Below, in pieces: positions 15,241-37,947 of a DNA stretch of 64,000 nt; the stretch's first letter is position 1; each line of letters starts with the position of its first letter. A program made the position numbers and the translations under genes. The stretch is from the human T2T-CHM13v2.0 reference genome, Homo sapiens. The DNA lies in assembly GCF_009914755.1 (NCBI RefSeq), contig NC_060927.1; one strand, written 5' to 3'. Below the pieces are notes generated by a model. The model saw only the letters and a list, made by a program, of their open reading frames with translations. It made no database searches and was not told where the DNA came from.

Positions 15241-15329
15241 ATTACACTACTCTGTATTCGAAGTATTCAAATCCTTTTACTGTCTAATTCTAATTACTTT
15301 TCAGCCATATCCCCATGGGCTCTGGAAGG

Positions 15330-15515
15330 AGACAGATTGCAGAGTTTAGGATTCTGATGCAATCACTTAACAGTAGTGTGACATAGATAGACTAAACCTT
15401 TCTGGGTTTCAGTTACTTCATTTGTAAAGGGGTAACAATAGCTCAGAATTCATAGGTTTATGTAGGGATTAAACAAGTTTAAATACATGAACAGTGATTA
15501 GCATAGCTGTGGCCT
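15330..15515 (+). mobile_element. MIR
   Basis: tcacttaacagtagtgtgac...tttcagttacttcatttgtaaagggg core. Confidence 0.65.
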
Positions 15516-15886
15516 CAACTACTACTATTACCATTAAAGGCCCTCATCTCTCTACTTTGGCTGTCGTGCCCAACTCATTGTTACATTCTTTCTTCACCTC
15601 TCTCAAGGGAACCAACCTCCATCTAGGTTACTTGTTACAGCCAGGCTGAAGCCCAGGAGACCTTCTCTTACCTATCCAAGTTTCCAGAATCTCACCCTCC
15701 TCTGGGCTCCTCACGTATAAAGTTTTATACTTTATTCACATAAATACAAAATAAAAATGCATTCATTAACTTTTCAACCTGAATTTCTAACCTTGAGGCA
15801 GGTCAGACTAGCTTAAATCCAGGGAAGACAAACATTTGGAGGTGGAAAATTTCATCTTCTGCCAATGGGCAGGGAGAAAGTGGCCC

Positions 15887-16752
<866 letters not shown>

Positions 16753-17349
16753 GCCCCACTGAGTCAGGAACCATGTAGGTTCATGTCTTGGCTCCAGAGA
16801 TATTGTATAAATAACTGCTTTACATTTGACTTTACTCTTCCATAAAATGGGGTTATGTTTTGTTTACCTCACAGATTATTTACTGTGATAATTAAATAAG
16901 AATCCTTTTATATTAACGTAAGTACAAAATGTAGCCTTAAAAACATTAAATAACATATACTGATTATAGCTGCTTTTGTTTCCACTCATGAGATTCCATG
17001 TAAGAGCAGGAACCATAACTGTCTAGGGTTAAGGGAAACACTAAGCTGAAACTTGAGTGTCCTGTCACACTTGCTGAATGAATAGTGTGAATTCATTGGT
17101 TATTTATATGGGGGAGAATTATCTAACCCTCCCTTGGCCACCTAACACAGAACAGCTCTAGGTGGCAGTAAGCAGGGAGGTGTAAGAGTTAGAGATCACA
17201 GCACACTCAAGATTTGAGCAAAGTGAAAGTAGATAGGCATTAGAAAAAGTAACTAATGCCCTCAAATCATATAGCTAATAGGAGACAGAGTTGGGATCCA
17301 AACTCAGGCTAAGCCGAGGTCCCGTGACCTCAGCTATTGTGCTAATTAG

Positions 17350-17897
17350 TGAAACGGATGAGTTCCCTGACCCCCCTTGCAGGACGTGCGACAGGGGTGT
17401 GGCTTGTCTGTTCAGTCACCACTGCTGCTCAAATCCCTTATGGGATGGGGAGCATGCAGACAAACAGGTGCAGGAGCCAGGTACTGGGCTCTGGCCCCAC
17501 AGCAGTGTCCAGGGGTCGGAGGCTGTGACTCCCTGAGCCCAAGAGGGTGTGTGCTACAGTGCACTCTTTTAGCCTTGCTGTCCCATGTACGGCGTAAGTG
17601 TTAACAAGTTCAGTGGACCCTCTGCCTTTTTGCAAGCGTCTTTTTGCAGAGGGCCAGTGTGACAGCTTTCTGTATCCCAAGCTCTTGTCCAGTGTCCCAG
17701 AAGAATCAGGTGACACACGGACTTGAAGGATGGTGAATGTGGGGGTTTTATTGAGTGGTGGAGGTGGCTCTCCATGGGATGGATGGGGAGCTATAAAGGG
17801 GATAGAATTGGGAAGATGATCTTCCCCTGGAGTTTGGCCATCCAGCGGCCAATTCTTCGACTGTCCCTGGCTGAACTCCTCCCAGTGTTCCTTCTCT
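17350..17897 (-). mobile_element. MER50/MER52-group ERV1 LTR, truncated
   Basis: tgaaacggatgagttccctgacccccc; gggggttttattgagtggtggaggtggctctc; cttcccctggagtttggcc. Confidence 0.65.
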
Positions 17898-19574
17898 TGG
17901 TAGGTAAAAGCATTTATGGGTGTAAGATAAGAAAAATAAGAGGTAGTTGAAAGGAAACTTCTCTGAAAACCGAGAAAAACCATTAAGTTACTGAGCAAAA
18001 TGATCAAGGATATCAAGTCTGGTGTCCTTTTTGGGTAGTTAGAAAAAGAAAACACAGGAAATAAAACTAAGAAATAACATGCAGTAACCTGATTTTTTTA
18101 AATCATAAAGAGTCACAGAAAAAGATGCAATCAGCAATTATTTTGCATAAGTTAGAAAAAACAACTTCAATAAAAAGCAAGACTATTACCAAAGGATTTC
18201 TGGGTCAGGATTAGAGCAGAGCTTAGGGAAAAGCACACATACAAGAATTAAAGTACTGAATCATTTTTTTCCAGTTTTTAGGCTGTTTTGAACATTTCCC
18301 CATAGCCCTAAATAATTATCTTAAGCCAGCTGCTGTGTTCTGTTTGTGTTCATTCAACTTTTAAAATTTCCTGTCTGATAAATTGTGTGTTGTACTAACA
18401 TTAATGTAATAAATGAACAATTTGCTAACTCTGAAAGAAGTCAAAGGCTTCAAACACACTTGCGGAAGTTATATTTATATTAACAGATACCTATGTTAAT
18501 TTCCTTTCATAAGGAGCACAATAGCATCCTCCTTGAGGAAGCACCTTTTGATAAAATTAATAATAATATGCTCATCACATCATTTATTTCTTGCCCTCTC
18601 GTGTGCCAGCAAGTACATGTTCCTTTCAATTAATCTGTTACTTATACAAAAGCTGTTTTCCAAAAACTGTTTCTTTTGGGGGAGGGCAGTAAAATTAGGT
18701 GAAATAATGGATGAGAAATTTGAACAAAGTTTAGGATAAAAACACTATTCATAACACCTTTCAAAAAATGTCATTCAGTTCTATTCAACCCAAGTCTACA
18801 AATAATTAATAAATATCTACTGTGTGTCCTACACTGTTCTCACTTTTACAAAGCTTTTAATAGTGTACAGAAGAAAAACCTACACAAAATGATTAGAAGA
18901 ACAAGATAAAAGGATATATAATCTTACGCCATAAAGACACACCGTAAAACTACAGAATTCCTCCTCTGAGAACAGCTGCTGTGTTTAATTGTGCAGTACA
19001 AATGTAGTCTACACAGTATTGAAAGGGATGCTGTTCCCGTGGTACATGTGGAAGAGTTTTTGGAAGATAGAAGTAAAGTGTCTTAAAAAAAGAGGGAGTA
19101 TTTTTTTCTAGCTAGCACAGAGATGCCATGGGGGTTAGTGGCAGTCCTGGCAAAATCATTTGAATGTGGAAAAGATGATGAATTCCTTAAGAGCAGAATT
19201 TTTCTCTTATTTAGCCTTGTCCAAACAGGTTTCTGGAAGTCTTAACTCATTGGATTTTAAATGTGAAAAACATTTAAGATTTTTCCAATCATGCCTTCAA
19301 CCATTCTATGTTGAATCTTCCTTGCCTGGCCCTTAATAACATCAGGGGCAGGTTCTATTTTGTACCAGTGTTTTTTAGTGATTAATACTTAGTTCAATCA
19401 AGTTCAAAACTTAAATTTAATATCCGATTCAAATAAGTTATTTCCTCCTACAATACAGTCTAGGGTTGGTTGTAGCAAGACCATTTCCCCATCTTCTTCT
19501 GGTTCTACTCCTCTAGGGTTGGGGGCCGGGAGTAATAAGGAAGATAGCATTTCTTACAAAGCAGAGTTCCTTTT

Positions 19575-21310
<1,736 letters not shown>

Positions 21311-21312
21311 AT

Positions 21313-21780
21313 TGTTGGGAAGGATACTAGAGTGCCTACCCAGCATCTGTTCTCTCTTTCTGCATACCTAGAACCCCATGAAGTCCCCAGACTCAGAAGA
21401 ATCTGAGCCCCTCTATCCCTTCGGACAGAAGTTGCTTGAATGAATAAGTGGTTAATGGTTAAGCCTAACACTTAATACATGTCAGTGAGATGCAAAGAGC
21501 AGTTTGCTGGGGTTTTTTTTTTTTTTTGCAACTTCTGGAAGCATCACCTCCTTTTTCTGGCCCTTGTCACACCTGGATATGAGGCCTAGACTTGCATCTC
21601 CAATGTGTCTGAAGATGAAACTGACACCAGGGAAGGGCAGAGAAGACAGAATTACAGGAAAATGGAGCCAGAGCCACCAGCTCTGAAGATACTCTTCTTT
21701 GGACTTCAAACTATAAACCTGTTCTTTTCATTATCACCTGAGCTGGATTGAGAGGGACATTCTGGAATTTGCCAACACAG
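21313..21780 (+). mobile_element. MLT1 (J/K/L-like) LTR, degraded
   Basis: gtgcctacccagcatctgttctctc; gaagatgaaactgacaccagggaagggcagag. Confidence 0.5.
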
Positions 21781-22775
21781 GTTACATGGAGGGTTACTCT
21801 GTCCCTGCATGCTTCACAAAAAGAAGAAAGGGAAAAAATCCCAATAGGATGGAAATAGGAAATGGCTTTAATTTTTCTTCCTATGTCTTTGAAATACTCT
21901 GTTGGGTCTCCTTTTCCGACCCCTAGATAACATCTCAGACAGACACTATAGTTTTTTGATGGGGATAGAATTCAGAGGGTATATAATCTTTAATGGGAAA
22001 AATAATCAATTCTTTATTTTCACTGACCTCTAACTGAGAGTTAACATTACCTACATCAGAAAATGTTGCAGTGGAGGTCCCCTGGATTAAGGTCTCCAAC
22101 AAACTACAAATGCTTCTCATTAAAGAGCAAGCATTAGATGCTTGCCATAATGAAATGCTATTGATAGCCAAAATGTGATGAGAGAACTAGTAACACAACC
22201 AAACCCAGTTTGGTGAAAAGCTCTTTGCCCCTTTCCTTCTACTCCTCTCTTCTACCACTCTGACTTCTCCAGCCAGAAGATGGACAAGAGAAGAGAAGTG
22301 GTCATCCTCACTGCATCCCCACTGCTAGGCTGGTCAGAGCAGGCAGTGATCAGTCAGAATGGATGACTGCCATAAACAACCAGTGCACTGGACTGGTGAA
22401 AAAATTGGCCCTACCTCTGACTTTACTCCATGGGCTACAGTCCTTGGATTTTGTACCTTATGTTTATATGTTCACACATATCAGTTTTCTCTAAGCAAAA
22501 GCATTTAAAAAGTTACAACTTGAAGTACCAGGGATGAAGGATGCTACCTTGGTCACTGACTTTATCTTTCTTAGAAGCAAAATATAGGTGTTAGATTAAT
22601 TCCATAAAGCACAGGGATCACAGACTCTGTAATACTCTCTTTAAATCAGAAAAGCTTCTAACAATCATTTTCCTTTTACACGTATACACAGTAAAACTAG
22701 AGGGAAATTTCTTTTAATGTCACATGATTCCAAGAAAAGCAAGGGCCTTTCACTCTTTACAGGTAATAGCCAAAG

Positions 22776-24576
22776 TGTGTCCGGAATTGGTGGGTTCTTG
22801 GTCTCACTGACTTCAAGAATGAAGCCGTGGACCCTCGCGGTGAGTGTTACAGCTCTTAAGGTGGCGCGTCTGGAGCTTGTTCCTTCTGATGTTCGGATGT
22901 GTTTGGAGTTTCTTCCTTCTGGTGGGTTCGTGGTCTCGCTGGCTCAGGAGTGAAGCTGCAGACCTTGGCGGTGAGTGTTACAGCTCATAAAAGCAGCGTG
23001 GACCCAAAGAGTGAGCAGTAGCAAGATTTATTGCAAAGAGCGAAAGAACAAAGCTTCTACAGTGTGGGAGGGGACCCAAGCGGGTTGCCACTGCTGGCTG
23101 GGGCAGCCTGCTTTTATTCTCTTATGTGGCCCCACCCATGTCCTGCTGATTGGTAGAGCAGAGTGGTCTGTTTTGACAGGGTGCTGATTGGTGCGTTTAC
23201 AATCCCTGAGCTAGACATAAAGGTTCTCCACCTCCCCATCAGATCAGTTAGATACAGAGTATGGACACAAAGGTTCTCCAAGGCCCCACCAGAGCAGCTA
23301 GATAGAGTGTTGATTGGTGCATTCACAAACCCTGAGCTAGACACAGGGTGCTGATTGGTGTGTTTACAAACCTTGAGCTAGATACAGAGTGCCGATTGGT
23401 GTATTTACAATCCCTGAGCTAGACATAAAGGTTCTCCACGTCCCCACCAGAGCAGCTAGATACAGTGTCCATTGGTGCATTCACAAACCCTGAGCTAGAC
23501 ACAGGGTGCTGATTGGTGTGTTTACAAACCTTGAGCTAGATACAGAGTGCCGATTGGTGTATTTACAATCCCTGAGCTAGACATAAAGGTTCTCCACGTC
23601 CCCACCAGAGCAGCTAGATACAGTGTCCATTGGTGCATTCACAAACCCTGAGCTAGACACAGGGTGCTGATTGGTGTGTTTACAAACCTTGAGCTAGATA
23701 CAGAATGCCAACTGGTGTATTTACAATCCCTGAGCTAGACATAAAGGTTCTTCACCTCCCCACCAGAGCAGCTAGATACAGAGTGTCAATTGGTGCATTC
23801 ACAAACCCTGAGCTAGACACAGGGTGCTGATTGGTGTGTTTACAAACCTTGAGCTAGATACAGAGTGCTGATTGGTGTACTTACAATCCCTGAGCTAGAC
23901 ATAAAGGTTCTCCACGTCCCCACCAGACTCAGGAGCCCAGCTGGCTTCACCCAGTGGATCCCGCACAGGGGCTGCAGGTGGAGCTGCCTGCCAGTCCTGT
24001 GCCGTGCGCTCGCACTCCTCAGCCCTTGGGTGGTTGATGGGACTGGGCGCCATGGAGCAGGGGGTGGTACTCGTCGGGGAGGCTCGGGCCGCACAGGAGC
24101 CCATGGAGGGGGTGGGAGGCTCAGGCATGGCGGGCTGCAGGTAGCGAGCCCTGCCCTGCGGGAAGGCAGCTAAGGCCTGGTGAGAAATCGAGCACAGAGC
24201 CGGTGGGCTAGCACTGCTGGGGTACCCAGTACACCCTCCGCAGCCGCTGGCCCGGATGCTGAGTCCCTCATTGCCCGGGGCAGCAGGGCCGGCCGGCTGC
24301 TCTGAGTGTGGGGCCCGCCAAGCCCACGCCCACCTGGAACTCCAGCTGGCCCTCAAGTGCTGCACACAGCCCGGGTTCCTGCTCGCGCCTCTCCCTCCAC
24401 ACCTCCCTGCAAGCTAAGGGAGTGGGCTCCGGCCTTGGCCAGCCCAGAAAGGGGCTCCCACAGTGCAGCGGTGGGCTGAAGGGCTCCTCAAGTGCCGCCA
24501 AAGTGGGAGCCCAGGCAGAGGAGGCGCTGAGAGCGAGCAAGGGCTGTGAGGACTGCCAGCACGCTGTCACCTCTCA
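22776..24576 (-). mobile_element. LTR12C (ERV9) solo LTR, 1801 bp
   Basis: tgtgtccggaattggtgggttcttggtctc ... gccagcacgctgtcacctctca; perfect 4-bp TSD aaag. Confidence 0.96.
23280..23925. repeat. LTR12 U3 enhancer tandem array, about 158-160 bp period, about 4 units
   Basis: acacagggtgctgattgg recurs at 23341, 23499, 23657 and 23817; each unit carries ATTGG (CCAAT) and gctagata motifs. Confidence 0.9.
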
Positions 24577-25975
24577 AAAGCATTTAAATTTTTACCAGTG
24601 TTTTCTTGTGAACAAAAACTTTAGAAGGGAATAAACTCTTCATCCAAAAATAAATGAATGTTTCAATTCTAACAATGATTAGATGCAACTCACATGAAGA
24701 AATGTGACAATAATCATTAGGGGATCCTTTTCCTGTCTTCTCCAAGGAGCTCTAAGAAGCTTGAAACTTCTATTTTTGTTTATTTGTTTTTGTAAGGACA
24801 GGGATCTCCAGGAATAAAGTCTGGGAGTAGCAATGCTCCCAACAACCTACTAGTCTGAAGAAGGCAGGGGCAATAATGACATCAATTGTACATTCCCCAA
24901 ATTCTATGTATAAAGCAGAGGCTTCAATTTCCATTGGCCCATGTTGATCCCAAATGGAGGTCATGTTGTAGGAGTACGCAGTGACTATCACCGGGCTGGA
25001 GCTTCTTTGCATCTACTTCCCTTTCCTATAGGCCCCTCAGTTCCATTTATTAGTTTTACCTTTAAATCGTTGGATTGCATCTTATGGGACAGTCACTGAA
25101 GTTCTCTGCCTAGCTAAAGGGAAGGCATTTGACCCAAGTTAAAGCAATCATTTGCTCCCTTCTTGGAATATGAATCTTGAACTGAGGAATAAAGAGACAG
25201 AAAACTAGTTTAATCAATCTGACTGGCGGCATCTGCCCATATACTTCTTGCTATGAGATGTCTTTCTAGGCCCCAGGATAGCCTTTGTTCTGGCCCTGTT
25301 ATCCAGCCTCCTAGCCATTCTGTCACCCCTGATATCCTTCAGGTATATTTTTTCTTGTTTAAGATGGCCAGAGGAACTTACTACAGATTATGCCAAAGAA
25401 CCAAACTGAAACAGAAACCTTCAGTGCCTCCCAAATTCCATCTTTGAAAGCAGCTATGTTTTTATTTATTGTGTGGAAAAACTTAAAGATCTCAAAAAGT
25501 TATATAGCCCTTAATTCTTTCTTTTAAGATGTGTATTCCGTCTGGATGGCTTAATATTTTTTTCCTAGGGTTATAAATAAATATTTTAAAACATTAAACT
25601 TGAGTTTTCTTCTTTGTCTTTTCCCAGCTAGTCCTCCCTTCACTCAGGTAAAACCCACTGCAGGAGCACACATCTGCTGCCATTTAAACAGTCTTTGAAA
25701 ATAATATGAAATAATTACAACAGTACAAGTTATTGGAAATATCAGCTTAAAATTGCTTCTTTAGAGAAATTAAACAATCAAAATTTATGTATCTTAAAGA
25801 AGTATTTTTAAGGGCCATTGAAATGGATAGGTCATCGAGAAAGGCCATAATCTAATATAAAAAAAATTCAAACAGATCTTTGTCACAGAGCAAATCATCG
25901 AAGAATAAGCATTAGCATGGTTCAGTACATTGTAGTATCTGTGGATAATGGGATATTCTACAGCAATGAATGTGA

Positions 25976-26353
<378 letters not shown>

Positions 26354-26671
26354 AGTTTATGTTCTTTATGAATCTTTATGTAAGGCTCAAGACGAGGCCA
26401 AACTAAACTATGGTATTAGAAGTTAAGAGAGTAGTTAACTTTAGAGAGGTGCAGTAGTGATTGAGTGGGGTTCTATAAAGGTCTTTGGGGTGCTGGAATA
26501 GTCTATTTCTTGACCTGGGTGGTAGTTGTGTTATATTTTATTATAAAGCATTAAGTTGAATATTTATATTTTGTGCACTTTTCTGTATATGTATTTTAAT
26601 GGAAAAAAGTTAAGTATGAGGGGAAAAGGCAGTATCTTCTTTTCTTGGTTTTAAAGAAAAATCCTGGTCAT

Positions 26672-33120
<6,449 letters not shown>

Positions 33121-34206
33121 AGAAAAATCTTGGTCATCTAGCATTGGTGATCTTAAGGCACTTATTATGGAGAACTCAAGTTTGCCTTCTTTACTGTTCT
33201 CTTGCCTTCCTTTTCATTTACCTTCCTCTCTGTCAACACCTTTCTAAAAACATATTGCTCCTGCTCAAGAACACAATATGAGTAATTCGCAAAATCTTCA
33301 GGATTCACTGGTTGGTCGTAGCTCTGACTTTGAGATCCAATTAGCTAGTTTAAATGTAATTATATTATTCAACCAGTTATTTGTGAGTGAAGTTGAATAA
33401 TGCTCTCATTGTATGCAACGCCAGGAACTGATGGTTGTATGAAATGTTCAATTTAACATTTCCCAACTTGGTGGTGTTTAATTATACAATTATAAAGAGG
33501 TTTCAGCATGTGCTTTTATGTTAGGTATTTGTTTTTGTTTTCAATACACTTTTATTTTAATAACTCCAAAGGAGCTACAGAACGTGCAGATGACAAAAAA
33601 TATATTAATGTAATTTTAAGTCATTTACATGTTAAGGAACATTTAAATTTAAAATAATACTATATTTCTGTCATATCTTCAAGGATTTTAATTCAAACCC
33701 TGATTTGTATGCTATTCAACGTACAAACACTGGTTTTGAAATAAAACCTATATTTCAAGCTTTAAAGAATAATTCAAAAGAAGTACTTAATGTCCCTTTG
33801 TTTTCTTTCTCTCAAGAGAATAAAAAGTCTCCCACTTGAATAAAGGCTAAATTACAGTGATGATTCAAACAACTGGAAAAGAAGAGATTAAGAATTACAG
33901 TTACATGGAGTATGAATTATCTCATTCTGGATTGGGGGAATTGAATTTTTAACTAAACCTCGTAATTAGTTTTCTGTAAGTTGTTAAAATAGCTAAAAAT
34001 TAATGTAAGAGACCTAATTTTTTCTTGTTTGGGGATTTAGCCAGTATTCTATACATTTTCTTTAGAGTGATAATTGCTTTCTTGTCATTTGTTTTCAAGA
34101 AATAAAGATGATTATAATTACACTGACAAGATACTCAAGATGGGAAAGACTATATCTATATATCTATCAATCAATCATAGATATCTATCAATATTCTCAG
34201 TCCATT

Positions 34207-34435
34207 CTGTCTCAGACTATTCCTGCTTCTATAGTAAAATAGATGGGTAATTTATAAATAATAGAAATTTATTTCTCACAGTTCTGGGGGCTGAGAAGTC
34301 TAAGATCAGGGTGCCAGCAGATTTGCCATCTGTTAAGGGCTTGCTCCCTTCTAAGAGAGCTCTTGGGTGGCTCTTCTTGCTGCATCCTCACATGGAGAAA
34401 AGCCTGAATGCTGTGTCTTCACATGGCAGAATGGC
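34207..34435 (-). mobile_element. MST/MLT1A-like MaLR fragment
   Basis: aaatttatttctcacagttctgggggctgagaagtctaagatcagggtgccagcag. Confidence 0.75.
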
Positions 34436-34643
34436 AAATCATCACATTGTACACCTTAAATATATACAGTTTTTAATTTTAGTAGGGTATATGATTTGAT
34501 TAATGTTAGCATGGTATATCTTTCTCCATCCATTTATTTTTAATCTACATGTGTAATTATATTTAAAGTGAATTTATTGAAGGGAACATATAGTTGGATC
34601 TTGTTTTTTGACCCTTTCTTGTTTTTTAATCCTCATGCATTAA

Positions 34644-34971
<328 letters not shown>

Positions 34972-35009
34972 CAATCCATGTAATTTAATTTGTGTAGTTA
35001 CACTATTGT

Positions 35010-36350
35010 TTTTTAAAATTTTTTGATTTGTATTTCAATAGCTTTGGGGGTACAGGTGGTTTTTTCTTACATAGGTAAGTTCTTTAGTGGTGATTTCTGA
35101 GATTTTAGGGCACTCGCCACCTGAGCAGTATACACTGTACCCAATATGTAGTCTTTTATCCCTCATCCCACTCCTGACCTTCCCTGCACCCTAAGTTCCC
35201 AAAGCCCATTGTATTATTCTTATGCCTTTGCATCCTCATAGCTTAGCTCTCACTTATAAATGAGAACATATGATATTTGGTTTTCTACTGCTGAGTTACT
35301 TCACTTAAAATTATGGCCTCCAGCTCTATCCAAGTTGCTGCAAAAGACATTATTTTGTTCCTTTTTATTCCTGACTGGTATCCCATGGTGTATATATACA
35401 CTGCATTTTCTTTATCCGCTCATGGGTTGATGGGCACTTAGGTTGGTTCTACATCTTTACAATTGCCAATCATGGAGAAACATGTGTGTGTAAGTATCTT
35501 TTTATATAATGACTTATTTTCCTTTGGGTAGATACCCAGTAGTGGGATTGCTAGATCAAAAGGTAGTTCTTTTAGTTCTTTAAGGAATCTCCATGCTGTT
35601 TTTCATAGTTGTACTAATTTACATTCCCACCAGTCGGGTAAAACTGTTCCCTTTTCACCACATCCACACCAACGTCTATTGTTTTTTGACTTTTTTATTA
35701 TGCCCATTCTTGCAGGAGTAAGGTGGTATCTCGTTGTGGTTTTAATTTGCATTTCCCTGATGATGAGTGATGTTGAGCATTTTTTAATATGTTTGTTGGC
35801 TGTTTGTATATCTTCTCTTGAGAATTGTCTATTCATGTCCTTAGCCCACATTTTTATGGGATTGTTTTTTTTTTCTTGCTGATTTGAGTTTCTTGTAGAT
35901 TCTGGATATTAGTTCTTCGTTAGATGCAAATTTTGTGAATGTTTTCTCTCACTCTGTGGGCTGTTTGTTCTGCTGATTATTTCTTTTGCTGTGCAGAAGC
36001 ATTTTAGTCTAATTAGGTTCCATTTTTTAATTTTTGTTTTTGTTGCATTTGCTTTGGGGGTCTTAGCCATGAATTCTTTGCCTAAGCCAGTGTCTAGAAG
36101 AGTTTTTTCTGATGTTATCTTCTAGAACTCTTACTGTTTTAGGTCTTAGATTTAAGTCTTTGATCCATCTTGAGTTGATTTTTGTATACGGTAATAGATG
36201 GGGATCTAGTTTCATTCTTCTGCATGTGGCTTGCCAATTTTCTCAGTACCGTTTATTGAACAGGGCATCCTTTCCCCAATTTGTGTTTTTGTATGCTTTG
36301 TTGAAGATCAGTTGGCTGTAAGTATTTGTCCTTATTTCTGGGTTCTCTAT
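35010..36350 (-). mobile_element. L1PB 3' fragment, 5'-truncated
   Basis: aagttctttagtggtgatttctgagattttagggcac; minus-strand ORF2 C-terminus [19 protein letters not shown]. Confidence 0.85.
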
Positions 36351-37290
36351 AGATCATTGATGTTTAACATCATTATTGATATACCTAGATTAATATCTAG
36401 TATAGTTGGTACTGTTTTCTATTTGTTGTTCTTTTCTTTGTTCCTGTTTTTATATTCCATACTTTTTTTCGCTATTTTAATTGAGCATTAATTACATTTA
36501 CATAATTGCATTTTATCTTCTAAGCATATCAATTGTACTTCTTTAAAAACATTATTTTAGTTGTTGCCCAAGAGTTTGTAATGTACATTTATAACTAATC
36601 CAAGTGTTCTATAGTCCTATGATTAGGTCTTGGTCTTTTGATGAGTCTATGCCCCTGGACTGCAACCTTCACCAGTGCTTCTCAGTTTTTTTTCCTCCCT
36701 TAGGTGGGACTGGAAGGCTGAAGCAAGCTGGAGTTGTGTATTTCCCTTCCCCCAGGTCAATTAGTCTCTGGAAAAACCCCAGGAGATTAGGCTCTGATAA
36801 AATAGTTTCTCCTGAGGAAAGGCCTTATTAAAAGGAACAGAATCCTCCAGTGTATTGCAAAATGGTTCCTTTTCCCTGCTGATGGAGACATGAGGGAATA
36901 TGTCACCAATATTCTCTGTGAGAATCTGGTAGCATTCCTGGAGGTAAAACTCATGAAAATGTGAGGGCCCCCCATGAATGGTCTCCCTGGAGTTTTTAAC
37001 TCAGAATTGTTCACATTGAGTCTCCAGCAATTTGTCAATTACAGTTCAGGTTTTCCTACTCTGATTCCTGCAGAGGTTTCTGCTCCTAGGTTTCTGGTCT
37101 GGTTAAGTTGTGATTTTCTGTATTTGCTGCCTATTTTTTCAATTATGGGGGCAGCAGTTTGCCCTGTGAATTCACTTCTCTGATGGAGCTAAAAAGAGTT
37201 GATTTTTCAGATTATTCAGCTTTTTATTTGATGTTTGGATGGAGTGGCAACTTCTAAGATCTTTATATTTTGGACCGGAAACCAGAAGTC
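36350..37290 (-). mobile_element. Ancient L1M4/L1MC-like fragments (host of the L1PB, also 34490-34620)
   Basis: agatcattgatgtttaacatcattattgatat; gctggagttgtgtatttcccttccccc. Confidence 0.55.
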
Positions 37291-37297
37291 TTTTTAG

Positions 37298-37605
37298 TTT
37301 TTATTTATTTATTTATTTATTTATTTAGAAATGGAGTTTTTGCTCATCGCCCAGGCCAGAGTGCAGTGGCACTATCTCGGCTCACTTCCACCTCCACCTC
37401 CTGAGTTCAAGCAGTTCTCCTGTCTCAGCTCCCAAGTAGCTGGGACTACAGGTGCCCGCCACCACGCCTGGCTAATTTTTGTATTTTTAGTAGAGACGGG
37501 GTTTCACCATGTTGGCCAGGATGGTCTCGATCTCCTGACCTCATGATCCACCCGCCTAGGCCTCCCAAAGTGCTGGGATTACAGGCATGAGCCACCGCGC
37601 CCAGC
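37298..37605 (-). mobile_element. AluS with (TTTA)n tail
   Basis: Antisense Alu dimer. Confidence 0.93.
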
Positions 37606-37634
37606 TTTTTAGTTTATTTTTAAATAAAATTCTA

Positions 37635-37947
<313 letters not shown>

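Noticed and set aside
17438-18055. 205-aa minus-strand ORF
   Set aside because: Mostly MER50-like LTR sequence, non-ATG start, no domain
23280-23925. Repeat array resembling a CRISPR array
   Set aside because: No unique spacers, no cas genes; it is the ERV9 LTR enhancer repeat in a primate genome
24770-25012. 80-aa minus-strand ORF in apparently unique DNA
   Set aside because: No recognisable homology or splice context
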